In this document: positions 1 through 10,662 of the stretch, piece after piece
Numbering within the stretch: the first letter of the stretch is position 1
How the letters are laid out: each line of letters opens with the position of its first letter
Assembly: GCA_016703535.1 (NCBI GenBank)
Contig: JADJBV010000001.1
Location: forward strand, 6,382,270 to 6,446,269
Length of the DNA: 64,000 nucleotides
Direction: 5' to 3'
Source of the DNA: Deltaproteobacteria bacterium
GTDB lineage: Bacteria > Myxococcota > Kuafuiibacteriia > Kuafuiibacteriales > Kuafuiibacteriaceae
The notes under the pieces: model-generated
The model's input: only the letters and a program-made list of their open reading frames with translations
Told to the model about the DNA's origin: nothing
Databases searched by the model: none
Program-made: the position numbers and the translations under genes

Positions 1-2377
1 GGAGCTCCGGCTTCACCTCGCCCAGGGCACCGGCGATGTCCTTGGCCTTGCCGACCAACATCTTCTGCGCGAAGCCCGCACCTTCACTCGCCGCGGTCGG
101 GAACTCGAACTGCTGCTGGATCGCTCGGAGCAACACCTCGTAGGCGTAGGGACGTTCGGTCAAGGCCTCGAGGACTCGGCGAGCCTCCACCAGGGTCTCG
201 GCGTCGTTGACCCGCAGCTCCCGCAAGAAGCGGAACCAGTGATCGGCGAACTTCTCCAGGTAGAGGTCCCGGAAGTGTTCGGCCAACTTTCGATCGTCCT
301 CGTATTCGCCCAAAACCCAGGCGTCTACGCCCTCGGGCGTTTCGCCCAACTTGGAGCGCACCAACTTCCAACCCGCCCGTGAATACAGGCCCGGCACCGC
401 GTATCCGGCGGTCAAGGCGCCATGAGCCCGGCCCCCCAACAGCTCCCTCAAGGTCACCGGTTGTGAACCTTGGGCGGCCTCGGCCACCAGCCGGTGGTAT
501 TCGGCGTCCCGCTCCTTCAGCGACTTCCTGGCGCTTTCGATGATCCCGTCGTCCGGGTTGGCCCAGCGGGCCGCGCCGCTCTGCACCAACGACAAATAAC
601 GGGCGATCAACTTGGACAGGACGGCCTGCTCCTTGGCCACCTCGGGGTGCAGCTGCTTCTTCCACTGCTCCAACAAGACCGGGGTCGCGAAGGCCACCTC
701 CAGGTGTTCCCGTTGGGTGGTCAACATCAGGTAGGTCTTGAGCAGGTCGTAGTCGGCGACCACGTTTTGGGCACCGCCGGTGCTGACCATGTCGGTCAAC
801 GTCGCCTCCAGCTCCAAGGCGGTGGGGTCGACAAACACTCGCTTCAGCTGGGCGGCGTAGAAGCGGGACAAGGGCGGCAACAAGGTGGGCCCTACAAAAA
901 AGCCGGCGCCGTACCCGATCGGCAAGTTGGCTTGCAAAACCTCGAGCTGGGCGATCGAGTCACCGACCCCGGCCAAGGCGGTCAACCCAGCGATCACCTC
1001 GGTGGGCTGATCGCTGTCTTGGCCTTTGGTGGCTTCGGCCCGGGCCACAACCTCTTGGGTGAGGGCCTGGTTGTTGATGGTCCCGGCGATGGACAAGCCG
1101 AGCACCAAGAGGCCCACCGCGACCCCGGCGATCAATCCACCCACCTGGACCCGGGCCCGCCGTTGACGGCCCAAGACCGAAAGACCGCCGCGGCCAACGT
1201 CGGCGAAGGCGACCTTGCCGTAGAGATCGTGGAGGAAGTAGCCCTTGGTTTCGGCGGGCTTCTCGACCGGGACCTTGACCGGCACCAACCCAAAACCGCG
1301 CCGCACCTCGGCCAAGACCCGATCGATGGTCCGCCCGTCTTGGTGAGCGCTGGTGAAGTACACGCCCCCCAGCGGCGATCGTTCCCCGTAGCTGTTGGGT
1401 TGGAGCAAGACCCGCAGGAAACGCTGCAAGGGAACTTGCGTGGCGCGGAGCTGCGAAGGGAGTTGATAGGCCCGCCCCCGCTCCTTGGGCTGGCACTCCA
1501 CCAGCCGAGCCCGAACGTGTTCGTGGAGCCGTTGGTAGAGGTGTTGGTAGGCCTCGGGCAAGGTGGCCTCGGGATCTCCTTCGGGCACGGCGAAGCCCAA
1601 GGTCTGTCCTCGAGTGGCGCCGGCCAACCCCGAGAAGGCCTCGACGAAGCCCGGCAAGACGTCGCTCTTGCAAAAGACCAGATACACCGGCGGCAGGCGC
1701 TCCAACCCGGCGATGCTTTCGTGGAGCTGACGTCGCAGCCGGGTGGCCAAGGCATCGGCGGCCTCTGGCGCCCCCAACAGGTCCCCCAGCGGCACACACA
1801 ACAGGATGTTCTCCACCGGGACCGCGGCCTTGCGCAGGACGGTCAACACCTCCAACCACTCGTCGTGATCCGGGCCGTCCTCCCGTTGGCCGTAGCGACC
1901 GGCGGTGTCGACCACCACGCCGTTTTTGGCGAACCACCACTCGATGTCGGTGGTGGGATCTTCGGGCTTGGCTTCGCCCAAGGTGGTCAGCTGAAAGTCG
2001 AGGCGGGAGCGGCGCAGGATCGAGGTCTTGCCCACGCCGCTGGGGCCGATCATCAAGGTCCAAGGCAAACGGTGGAGGCCCGGGCCTTGGGCGCCGGCGG
2101 TTTTGGAGGAGGCCAAGGCCACGCCGACCTTTTGCAACTTGGCTTGCAAACGTGCCTTCACCTCGGGCGCCACCACCCGAGCCGACGAAGGTTGGTCGGC
2201 CCGTTTGGCCTTTTGGCTCTTGATGATCCGAAAAACGACGAAGCCGAGGTACGGCAACAGCAATAACGCCGCCACGCCAAGCTGCACGCCGGACGACAGC
2301 CCAAGGCCCGCGCCGAAGACGAACAACGCCGCCACCAGGGCCACCAACACCAACCCCACGATGATCAACAACACCAT
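1..2377 (-). CDS. tssM: Type VI secretion membrane-complex protein TssM/IcmF, N-terminal ~792 codons (3' end lies beyond window start)
   Basis: Absent from the ORF track because the frame has no stop inside the window. Manual minus-strand translation from ATG 2377 gives MVLLIIVGLVLVALVAALFVFGAGLGLSSGVQLGVAALLLLPYLGFVVF (two N-terminal TM helices). It then shows Walker A 'WTLMIGPSGVGKTS', 'VVVDTAGRY' and a third TM 'VGGLIAGVAVGLLVLGLSIAG'. The frame stays open to position 1. It lies 4 nt downstream of tssL. Confidence 0.85.
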   Translation of the reverse strand, partial: MVLLIIVGLVLVALVAALFVFGAGLGLSSGVQLGVAALLLLPYLGFVVFRIIKSQKAKRADQPSSARVVAPEVKARLQAKLQKVGVALASSKTAGAQGPGLHRLPWTLMIGPSGVGKTSILRRSRLDFQLTTLGEAKPEDPTTDIEWWFAKNGVVVDTAGRYGQREDGPDHDEWLEVLTVLRKAAVPVENILLCVPLGDLLGAPEAADALATRLRRQLHESIAGLERLPPVYLVFCKSDVLPGFVEAFSGLAGATRGQTLGFAVPEGDPEATLPEAYQHLYQRLHEHVRARLVECQPKERGRAYQLPSQLRATQVPLQRFLRVLLQPNSYGERSPLGGVYFTSAHQDGRTIDRVLAEVRRGFGLVPVKVPVEKPAETKGYFLHDLYGKVAFADVGRGGLSVLGRQRRARVQVGGLIAGVAVGLLVLGLSIAGTINNQALTQEVVARAEATKGQDSDQPTEVIAGLTALAGVGDSIAQLEVLQANLPIGYGAGFFVGPTLLPPLSRFYAAQLKRVFVDPTALELEATLTDMVSTGGAQNVVADYDLLKTYLMLTTQREHLEVAFATPVLLEQWKKQLHPEVAKEQAVLSKLIARYLSLVQSGAARWANPDDGIIESARKSLKERDAEYHRLVAEAAQGSQPVTLRELLGGRAHGALTAGYAVPGLYSRAGWKLVRSKLGETPEGVDAWVLGEYEDDRKLAEHFRDLYLEKFADHWFRFLRELRVNDAETLVEARRVLEALTERPYAYEVLLRAIQQQFEFPTAASEGAGFAQKMLVGKAKDIAGALGEVKPEL

Positions 2378-2381
2378 GGGT

Positions 2382-3038
2382 TCAGCTCCGCACCGCGCCG
2401 ATCCGCTCGGCAGCGTTGGCCGCGGACTGCCGGGTGTAGGCCAATAGGCCGAGGCCGATCAAAAGCGAAAGGCCCAACACCGACAGGCCGATCACCAGGC
2501 CCGGGAAGGGGCGCCGCCGCCCACCCCCTTGGAGCCGAGGCACCCCGTCGGGCGAAAGTTCCTCGCCCCCCGAGACCTCCAGGCCGGCCAAAGTTGCGGC
2601 CATGATCCGAGGCAACTCTTCGGACTTGCCGATCCGGTGGCGACCCAAAAACCCAAGGCCCAAGCAGAGGTGATAAACCTCCAACACGCCGGGGGATCGT
2701 TGGCGCACCACCTCCAGCCGTTCGTAGAAGCGTACGCCGGCCATCCGCTCGTTGTAGAGCTCGGCCTGAAGTGGCCTCGAGGCCCACTCCAACTTGCCGC
2801 TCCACTGGCTGAACTGGATCACCTCGTCGATGAGGGCGGTCAGCGCGTATCGCGCGTCGTCGATGTCCCCCGGGCTGTGGCCGGCTCGGCGCGCCTCCTG
2901 CTGAAACCGCTCCAGCGCCGCTTTGATCTTGAGGTTGGCGGTGGGGGCGTCGGGCAACTCACTGTGGCCCTCGGCGATCTGCGAGGCGCAGAGCAGGAGC
3001 TCTTGCGCCAGCTCGGCCAGCGGCACCGGCGCGTTCAT
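2382..3038 (-). CDS. tssL: Type VI secretion protein TssL/DotU
   Basis: 218 aa. DotU-type core 'DIDDARYALTALIDEVI', then a single C-terminal TM 'FPGLVIGLSVLGLSLLIGLGLLAY'. Located between tssK and tssM. Confidence 0.85.
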   Translation of the reverse strand: MNAPVPLAELAQELLLCASQIAEGHSELPDAPTANLKIKAALERFQQEARRAGHSPGDIDDARYALTALIDEVIQFSQWSGKLEWASRPLQAELYNERMAGVRFYERLEVVRQRSPGVLEVYHLCLGLGFLGRHRIGKSEELPRIMAATLAGLEVSGGEELSPDGVPRLQGGGRRRPFPGLVIGLSVLGLSLLIGLGLLAYTRQSAANAAERIGAVRS

Positions 3039-3039
3039 C

Positions 3040-4380
3040 TCAGAGCTCCACGGCCAACAGCTCCAGCTTCACCTGCTGGGGCTTGAGCGGCTGGAAGATG
3101 GCGATGGTCCCGCTCTTCAGGATGTCCTGCCAGTGGGAGCCCGCCTGGCCAAAACGCAGGTACACGTTGTCCGGCTTCACCGGGATGGCGGTCGGGGGCG
3201 AAAGATCCACCTGGAGCTCCAGGCCCGGCACCGCCGCGTGGACCACGTTGGTGATCTGCTCGTAGGAGCTGACCCGCACGTAAAGCGGCAACTCTTGGCG
3301 CAGCGTGTTCTCCGGGATCTCGCCGCTGGCCACCAGGTAGAGCTGGGACTTCTTCAACAAGGTCTGATCCAAACCCCGGGCCAAGAACAAACCGGGCTGA
3401 GGTTGTTCGAGGGGCAGCGACTTGTATTGCTGCGCGATCACCGTCGCCAACAACTCCGACAGCTGATCGAAGATCGGATAAAGGGACTCGGCCAGCTGCA
3501 GGTGTTCGTAGCGCGGCAGATCTTTGGGCTTACGTTGGGGCTCGAAGGTGGCCAGGCGCCCGACCAGCTCCGTCAACGTCAGGTACAAGCGCTCCGGGTG
3601 GGCCCGGCCGGTCGACGCCAAGTGCTGAAGCACCGGCACCGACGCGTTCAGCGTGTAGAGGTACCAAAACGTCACCATGTCGACCGAGCCGAACTCGACC
3701 AAGGAGGTGCTGCGGCCTCGATACCGTCCGGCCAAGGCGGTTTGTTTGGCGGCGGCCAAGGTCACCAACCCCGACAAACGCCGGGTCAAGGCTTGGCTGG
3801 CGGTGGTGGACAAACACGGCGGCACATAACGTTCCGACACCACCAAGGCGCCCGCTTCGTTGACCTCCAGCTCGGCCAACTTGAGGGTCACGTAGTTGGC
3901 CCGGTCTTCGGAGCCGAGGAGGAGCTGCACGTTGGGTCGCACCAGCTCCAGCTCCGCGTCTTCGGCGGTGCCGTACGCGTCGGGGGTGGGGTGAGTGACC
4001 CGCACCAAACGAGCGCCAGCGGCCCCGGGTTCACCGGCATAACTCGAGCTGCCTCGGGTCGCGTTGCTGGGCACCGCCAAATAAACTTCGGCCTTGGGAC
4101 CCCCACCACTCAAGGCGCCGTTGGCCATCACCACCGCCGCTTTGCTCGGGTGATCGGGGCCGATCTGCACCAAAAGACCGTCGGGCATCACCGCGGTCAA
4201 CCGCCGCACCTCGTAGAGCCCCCGGGTCAAGGCGTCGGGCGCGATCTCCAGCTCGGCCACTCCGAAGCCGTGAGGATGGAGCGCGCCCAGGCGTTGATCG
4301 ACCTCCTCCTCGAAGTGGCGTTCCAGCGCCTGAAAGTGTTGGGGCATCATGTAGAGCCCCTCTTTCCACATCGGCTTCAT
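3040..4380 (-). CDS. tssK: Type VI secretion baseplate protein TssK (ImpJ/VasE)
   Basis: 446 aa. The N-terminus 'MKPMWKEGLYMMPQHFQALERH' is the canonical TssK opening (W-x-EG-x-x-x-PQHFQ). Size and position in the tssJ-K-L-M order fit. Confidence 0.9.
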   Translation of the reverse strand: MKPMWKEGLYMMPQHFQALERHFEEEVDQRLGALHPHGFGVAELEIAPDALTRGLYEVRRLTAVMPDGLLVQIGPDHPSKAAVVMANGALSGGGPKAEVYLAVPSNATRGSSSYAGEPGAAGARLVRVTHPTPDAYGTAEDAELELVRPNVQLLLGSEDRANYVTLKLAELEVNEAGALVVSERYVPPCLSTTASQALTRRLSGLVTLAAAKQTALAGRYRGRSTSLVEFGSVDMVTFWYLYTLNASVPVLQHLASTGRAHPERLYLTLTELVGRLATFEPQRKPKDLPRYEHLQLAESLYPIFDQLSELLATVIAQQYKSLPLEQPQPGLFLARGLDQTLLKKSQLYLVASGEIPENTLRQELPLYVRVSSYEQITNVVHAAVPGLELQVDLSPPTAIPVKPDNVYLRFGQAGSHWQDILKSGTIAIFQPLKPQQVKLELLAVEL

Positions 4381-4390
4381 CGAGCGGCTC

Positions 4391-4906
4391 CTATTCGGCG
4401 GCGGGCTTGAGTGGCTCGGCGATCACTCGGTTGTCGGCGAGCTGAGCGCGGATCTGGGTGTGGAGTGACTCGGGCGTACAAGCGTCGACCGCCGGGCGCA
4501 CGTCCACCACCTTCTTCCACTGGTTGCCATCGTACTGACGGAAGATCCCGACGATCGCTACGAAGGCCAGCTCCGGAGAGCCGACCACGGTCTCGATCTT
4601 TTCTTCCGCCGGAAACACGGTGAAGGTCACCGTCTTGATCAAGGTCGGGCCCAGGGCTTCGGTGCCGCTGCGCCACAAGGTGTTGAAGTCGAGCTCGTCG
4701 AACTTGTCGGTGGACTTGAGCAAATAAGCCCGCACCTCGACCGGCAAAGACTGGCCCTCGGGGCTGAGGTTCAGCACTTCACCCGCTTTGACGAAGAGCT
4801 CGAGGGGGATCTCTTTACACTTCTCCGGCCCGGGGAAGAGCGAACGATACAGGCTGCAGCCCGGCAACAAGGCCAAGATCAGGAGCCAAACACTACGCGA
4901 CATCAT
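4391..4906 (-). CDS. tssJ: Type VI secretion lipoprotein TssJ (SciN/VasD-like)
   Basis: 171 aa. Lipoprotein signal 'VWLLILALLPGC'. Size and the 'LPVEVRAYLLKSTDKF' pattern fit TssJ. Its ATG overlaps the stop of the upstream FHA gene (ATGA at 4903-4906). Confidence 0.75.
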   Translation of the reverse strand: MMSRSVWLLILALLPGCSLYRSLFPGPEKCKEIPLELFVKAGEVLNLSPEGQSLPVEVRAYLLKSTDKFDELDFNTLWRSGTEALGPTLIKTVTFTVFPAEEKIETVVGSPELAFVAIVGIFRQYDGNQWKKVVDVRPAVDACTPESLHTQIRAQLADNRVIAEPLKPAAE

Positions 4907-7119
4907 GGTACCCGGAACACCAGTCGGACCGAGCCGACCCGAACCTCTTGCCCGTCGCGCAAGGTGGCGAGGCCCACCGGCTTACCGCCGAACTCGAGCC
5001 CGGCCTCGGCGCCCAGGTCGGCGATCTGACAGACCTGGCCATCCAGACGCGCCGCGGCGTGGATCCCGCCGACGCCCGGGCCCCGGACCATCACTTCGGC
5101 CCGAGGGTGAGCGCCGATCGAGCTGGTGACGCCGTTTTCCAGCGGCACGTGGGCGCCATCGTCAGGGCCACCGACCACCACCAGGTACGGTTGTCGCCCG
5201 GGGGAGTCCATGCGGAAGCGGGTCGCGATCTTCACCAAAAGTTCGGTGTCGCCCACGTGGATCCGTTCGTCATCCTTCAACACCCGCCGCCGCTCTTGGC
5301 CGTCGTCGCCGCGGGTGACCATCACCCACCGGCCCAGGCCGTCGAGATCAAAACGGGCCGACGAAGGACGGCTGGTGGCCGAACCGACGCGGAAGTCACC
5401 GCCATCGCCCACGACATAACCGGGCCGCAAGACCAAGGTGGTCCGTGGTCCGTCGTGGAGCGGCAACAACCAAGCGGCCACGTCCACCGACTCGACTTCG
5501 CTGGCGCTGAGGACCTGGGTCTTCTTCGACAGAGGGTCGACGGTGGACTGCTCCGAGCTCGGCGCCGAAAGAGGTGCGCCGCCCAAGTTGGGCAAGGCCA
5601 CCGGCGGCAACGAAGGCTTGGCGCTCAAGCTGCCCATGGTGCTGATCACGGGCTCGGGGGCTTTGGCGTCCCCTTTGGCGATCCGCAAAAACTGGGTTGG
5701 CGATGGCAAGGCCAGCTCGTTGTTGGCGTCGGGCGAACGAGGGCCCGGTGGCGGTCGGGTCTCGGCTTCACTCTCTTCCAGGGAGGGCTGCTCGAGGTGA
5801 GCGGGAGGCATCGACAAGGTCGGGATGATCTCGTCGTCGTCTTTGACTACCGGCTTGGGCGCGGGGGCTTTGACCTCGACCTTGGCGGCGGCTTTGGGGT
5901 CGGGCTTGGCGGCGTTGGGAGCCGGTTTTTTGGGGACCCCCCGCACCTCCACCTTGCCCTCGGCTCGCCCCTCCGCGGCTCGGGACGGGGTGATCTGCAT
6001 GCCCTTGATCATGCCCGTGTGCTCGAGGGAAGCGGGGGCCGCGCTTTTCATGTCTTGCAAGACAGCTTGCGCGCTGGCGACCTGACGGCGCCGGGCTTGG
6101 GTCATCAGCACCACGCCGCCCGCGAGGAACAAGAGGCCACCGGCGATGGCCAACACCAAACCCCAGTGAGCAAAGCCCGGCGGCTCCACCAAGGGCAGAT
6201 CGATCTGGACCGCGTCGGTGGCCAGATCGGCGCCGGCCTCGATCTGAAAATCGGTCACCTTGCCGGTGAAGAGTTGGGGCAGGTCGTACTCCAACACCCG
6301 CTGGTGCCGCAGCTCGTCGGCCAAGGCCACCAGGGCCGCCTTCATGTCGGGCACGTTGGTGCTGGGCCGCATGGTGCCGCCGCTGCGTTTGCTGAGTTCG
6401 GTCAAGGTGCGCAGCGGGGTGTCGTCGATGGGCGCGTAACCGACCGCGTGGATCCGGATGCCTCGGCTGGCCGCGTCGCCGCCCAACTTGGTGAAGGCCC
6501 CAAACTTGAGCTCGGCGGCCAGGCCATCGGAGACCACCACCAAAACCCGGCGTTCTGGCAAGTTGGCTTGCGAAAGTTGAGCGAGGCCGTCCCGGACCCC
6601 GTCGGGGAGCTCCAGCTCGATCGCATCTTCTTTGATCTGGAGCGCCTGCAGGGCGTCGCGGGCCGCCTTGACCGAGGTCGGCTTGAGTTCGCTGATCACG
6701 CCGTCGGCGTAGGCGATCAGGCCCACTTGGGAGCTGGGAGGCACCAGATCCAAGAGCTGCAGGAGCCCCGCCTTCAATTCGGCGAAGGCCGATCCAAAGA
6801 TCGGCGAACACTGGATCACCATGGTCAACGCCATGGGCTCCCCCAACTTGCCGAAGGTCTCGACCTGGGCGGCGTTGGGCAGGCGTTGGCCGTTGACCAA
6901 CAACTGATAGGGACGGGGAGTGGCCGGCGGGATCACCAAGCCGTTTTCATCGAGGTCGCTGAGGTAGATCCGAACCTTGGTCGGGGGTGAGGTCGCGATC
7001 CGCTCGATGCGCAGCGTGGGCTTTTGGGTCGAGGGACCGGCGGCCCCGACGGCGGGCCACAAGAGGCTCAACAAGAGGAGGCCGACCCCGAGGGTCGAGC
7101 GGCCGAGCGGGGCGCCCAT
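4903..7119 (-). CDS. Bitopic membrane protein: periplasmic vWA-like domain, TM, Pro/Ala/Lys-rich linker, two cytoplasmic FHA domains (T6SS Fha/TagH-like)
   Basis: The ORF track gives 4903..7338. I place the start at ATG 7119 ('MGAPLGRSTLGVGLLLLSLLWPAVGAAG', a signal/TM). The vWA-like core has a degenerate MIDAS ('ALTMVIQCSPIF', 'RVLVVVSDG', 'LTELSKRSGGTMR'). The TM is 'WGLVLAIAGGLLFLAGGVVLM'. The two FHA-like modules are 'LVLRPGYVVGDGGDFRVG...HVGDTELLV' and 'YLVVVGGPDDGAHVPLENGVTSSIGAH...VRVGSVRLVFR'. Confidence 0.75.
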   Translation of the reverse strand: MGAPLGRSTLGVGLLLLSLLWPAVGAAGPSTQKPTLRIERIATSPPTKVRIYLSDLDENGLVIPPATPRPYQLLVNGQRLPNAAQVETFGKLGEPMALTMVIQCSPIFGSAFAELKAGLLQLLDLVPPSSQVGLIAYADGVISELKPTSVKAARDALQALQIKEDAIELELPDGVRDGLAQLSQANLPERRVLVVVSDGLAAELKFGAFTKLGGDAASRGIRIHAVGYAPIDDTPLRTLTELSKRSGGTMRPSTNVPDMKAALVALADELRHQRVLEYDLPQLFTGKVTDFQIEAGADLATDAVQIDLPLVEPPGFAHWGLVLAIAGGLLFLAGGVVLMTQARRRQVASAQAVLQDMKSAAPASLEHTGMIKGMQITPSRAAEGRAEGKVEVRGVPKKPAPNAAKPDPKAAAKVEVKAPAPKPVVKDDDEIIPTLSMPPAHLEQPSLEESEAETRPPPGPRSPDANNELALPSPTQFLRIAKGDAKAPEPVISTMGSLSAKPSLPPVALPNLGGAPLSAPSSEQSTVDPLSKKTQVLSASEVESVDVAAWLLPLHDGPRTTLVLRPGYVVGDGGDFRVGSATSRPSSARFDLDGLGRWVMVTRGDDGQERRRVLKDDERIHVGDTELLVKIATRFRMDSPGRQPYLVVVGGPDDGAHVPLENGVTSSIGAHPRAEVMVRGPGVGGIHAAARLDGQVCQIADLGAEAGLEFGGKPVGLATLRDGQEVRVGSVRLVFRVP

Positions 7120-7255
7120 TCGGGCCCTTTTATCAGCCTCCTCGGTCCGCCGCACAACCCCGGTCCATCGCCCGGTCGGGGCCTGGACAATTCCTCCTGA
7201 AAGGCTAGACTTCCCGCACCGTTTGGGCCGGCTTTCGGCCCGACGCACCACGCGC
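7120..7255. promoter_or_regulatory. Divergent intergenic region between the vWA-FHA/tssJKLM operon and the PP2C-FHA operon; contains a perfect hairpin GGGCCG-gcttt-CGGCCC at 7225-7241
   Basis: 136 bp lie between two divergently oriented start codons. The 6-bp-stem hairpin sits about 15 nt upstream of ATG 7256. No promoter consensus could be assigned by eye. Confidence 0.3.
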
Positions 7256-8319
<1,064 letters not shown>

Positions 8320-8320
<1 letters not shown>

Positions 8321-9303
8321 TGCGCGCCGCCGTTTGGTTGCTTTTGGCTTGGCCTTCGGTCGCGGGGGCCGAACCCAGCCTACGTTTGTTGGCCGTGGAT
8401 CCGTCGGCCTGTGCGCGTGACGGCGTGGTGAAGGTGGAGCTGGAGGAGCTGGAGCTGGAGGGCGAGGTCCGAGACTTTCCCGCCAACACCTTCCGCTTGG
8501 TCCTCGACGAGTTGACCTTGGGGCAAGAGGCGGTGCACGCGCAGACCCTGGCCCAGTCGGAGGTGCCGCTGTCGATCGCGGTGGTGCTGCAGGCCGACCT
8601 TACTTATCGGCCTGACTTCGAGCGCCTGACCCAACTCACCCGTACTTTCTTGCGCGCCTTGCCCGCTCGAACTCAAGTGGGGGTGTGGACGTACGGCGAC
8701 GCGGTGATCGCCCGGGCCCAAGGCACCACGCCGGATCTGGCCGCCGACAGCATCGCCCAGATCTTTGCGGTGGATCGGGTGGGGAGTTCCGCGCTGCAAG
8801 CCTGGCAACAAGCCTTCACAGCCCTGCGAGCGGCGCCGGGCCGGCGCTTTTTGATCACGGTGGCCGACGGCAAAAACGAGGCCCCCGACCGAGCCGCGAT
8901 CCGCGCGTTCGGGGATCAGCTGGCCGCCGCCGGAATCTTGTTTCATCCCCTCGCCTACTCTCCCGCCGACGATCGGGAGCCGATGCTCCACCTGGGTGAG
9001 TTGGCCAAACGATCGGGCGGCACTTTTCGCTTAGGCACCAGCCTAAGTGATCTCGAGGCCCAGCTCGCCAACCTGAGCGCCCAGCTGGAGCGCCGCTGGA
9101 TCTTGAGTTTTTTGGTGCCGGATCGGTGTGCCCAGCCCCACCAACTCCAGGTTGGCCATGGCGCACTGCGCTCCGAGCCCCGGCCTTTGCCGGCGGTGGT
9201 GCCGCCGCCGCCGCCGGTGGGGATCTACGTGGGGGTCGGGGTGGGCGTGTTGGCGCTGGGAGCCGTGGGATTTTTGGTGCACCGGCGCAGGCGGATGGGG
9301 TGA
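8320..9303 (+). CDS. Secreted/membrane-anchored vWA-like protein, paralogous to the ectodomain of the 4903..7119 protein
   Basis: ATG 8320 overlaps the stop of the PP2C-FHA gene (TGATG). Signal peptide 'MRAAVWLLLAWPSVAGA'. The vWA-like core has a degenerate MIDAS ('LSIAVVLQADLTY', 'RFLITVADG', 'LGELAKRSGGTFR'). C-terminal TM 'IYVGVGVGVLALGAVGFLV' followed by HRRRR. Confidence 0.7.
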
Positions 9304-10562
9304 ACGTGGGAGCACCCCATCACCTCACCGATCGAGTCATCGCCGGCTACCGCACGGTGGCCATCGGGACCTTCAACTTCTTGCTGCTCTTTGGGCTGGT
9401 GAACGCCATCGCCCACGCGATCTTGGTCTCGCCGGCGCCCCATCCGGAGGGAGGTCACTTCCTGTCGGCGGGGGCGGCGCTGACGGAGCGCACGGAACTG
9501 TTGCGTGGACGTTATCCGGGGCGAAGTGACGCCGAAATCCGCACCTTGATCGAGACGCCCCAGGTGATGGCCCATCCCAAGCTTGAGTTTATCGGGAGGC
9601 CGGGCACCTCGGGCTTCTACACCGTCGGCGCCGACGGGGTGCGCAGCAACGGAGCGCAGGAGTCGTCCCGAGCCCTCGATGACGCGGTGTGGGTCTTCGG
9701 TGGGTCCACGGCCTTCGGGCACGGCGTGGCCAACGAGGACACCATCGCCGCGGCGCTGGAGCGGCTCGATCCTTCGCGCCGATACTTGAACCTGGGCGTT
9801 CAAGGTTACCACCTGAACCTTGAGTTGGATCGGCTGGTGCATTTGCTCAAGCAAGGCCACCGCCCCCGCCACGTCATCTTCATCGACGGCCTCAACGACG
9901 CCATCGCCTGCCGGGCGAGCAACTTCGCGCCCGAGGACCTGCCCTTCTTCGTCGCCAACGCCTACGGTCACCAGTACAACATCGCCCACGAGGTGCTGCC
10001 CAAGGGGTTGGGGTGGTTCCTGCGGCAGCTCCCGGTCACCAAGCTGATTCGGCGGGAGTGGGCCGCGGGGAAGGCACAAGAAGAACCCAGGGATCCCGGG
10101 TACACCGATCCCCACGATCCGTCGTCACTCTACGTGCGAGATCCGCTGCTCCACTACGAGCTCAACCAGGCGCGAGTTCGGGAGCCCAGCGCCACCCCAA
10201 GCGACGTCGAGAAGTTTCGACGCTACTATCGCGCCAACCTCGAGCTGCTGCGGGGGCTGGAGAAGGGCTTCGGCTTCCGAGGTGACGTCTTCTTTCAGCC
10301 CAACGGCCTGCTCAACCTGGAGACCGGCTTCGTCTTGGATCCCAGCCAGTACCAGACGAGTGAACTCTACCGGAGCCTCGAGGCCATGCAGGCGGCGATC
10401 AAAACCGACCTCGCCGCCGGCCGCTTGCCCGGCATGGTCGATCTGAGCGAGGCGGATCGGAGCTGCCGCGACTGCTACGTCGACGCGGTCCACTACGACC
10501 GGCGCCTGGCCGAGGTCCTGGCTCAACACATCCTCACCACCACCTCCTCGATCGGTCGCTGA
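9300..10562 (+). CDS. Membrane-anchored SGNH/GDSL-type hydrolase
   Basis: ORF 9126..10562. The probable start is GTG 9300 or 9306, overlapping the vWA stop codon. N-terminal TM 'VAIGTFNFLLLFGLVNAIAHAILV'. SGNH blocks are 'VWVFGGSTAFGHG' (nucleophile Ser), 'FIDGLNDA' (GxND) and 'DAVHYD' (DxxH). Confidence 0.65.
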   Translation: MNVGAPHHLTDRVIAGYRTVAIGTFNFLLLFGLVNAIAHAILVSPAPHPEGGHFLSAGAALTERTELLRGRYPGRSDAEIRTLIETPQVMAHPKLEFIGRPGTSGFYTVGADGVRSNGAQESSRALDDAVWVFGGSTAFGHGVANEDTIAAALERLDPSRRYLNLGVQGYHLNLELDRLVHLLKQGHRPRHVIFIDGLNDAIACRASNFAPEDLPFFVANAYGHQYNIAHEVLPKGLGWFLRQLPVTKLIRREWAAGKAQEEPRDPGYTDPHDPSSLYVRDPLLHYELNQARVREPSATPSDVEKFRRYYRANLELLRGLEKGFGFRGDVFFQPNGLLNLETGFVLDPSQYQTSELYRSLEAMQAAIKTDLAAGRLPGMVDLSEADRSCRDCYVDAVHYDRRLAEVLAQHILTTTSSIGR

Positions 10563-10662
10563 GGAGTTGGGCCCGGTGTCCCATGGGACTCGCCGGGATC
10601 AATCTCGCCTGATCGGCCCGCCCACCTTGACCCGCACTTCGAAGGCCCGTCAGCCTGGTGGG

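Noticed and set aside
470-2266. 598-aa plus-strand ORF, and the minus-strand ORFs 960..2063 and 1132..1797, across the first 2.3 kb
   Set aside because: Their translations are Gly/Arg/Pro/Gln-rich with no motifs. The third minus-strand frame gives a clean TssM/IcmF sequence with a Walker A motif and TM helices. These are shadow ORFs typical of roughly 70 percent GC DNA.
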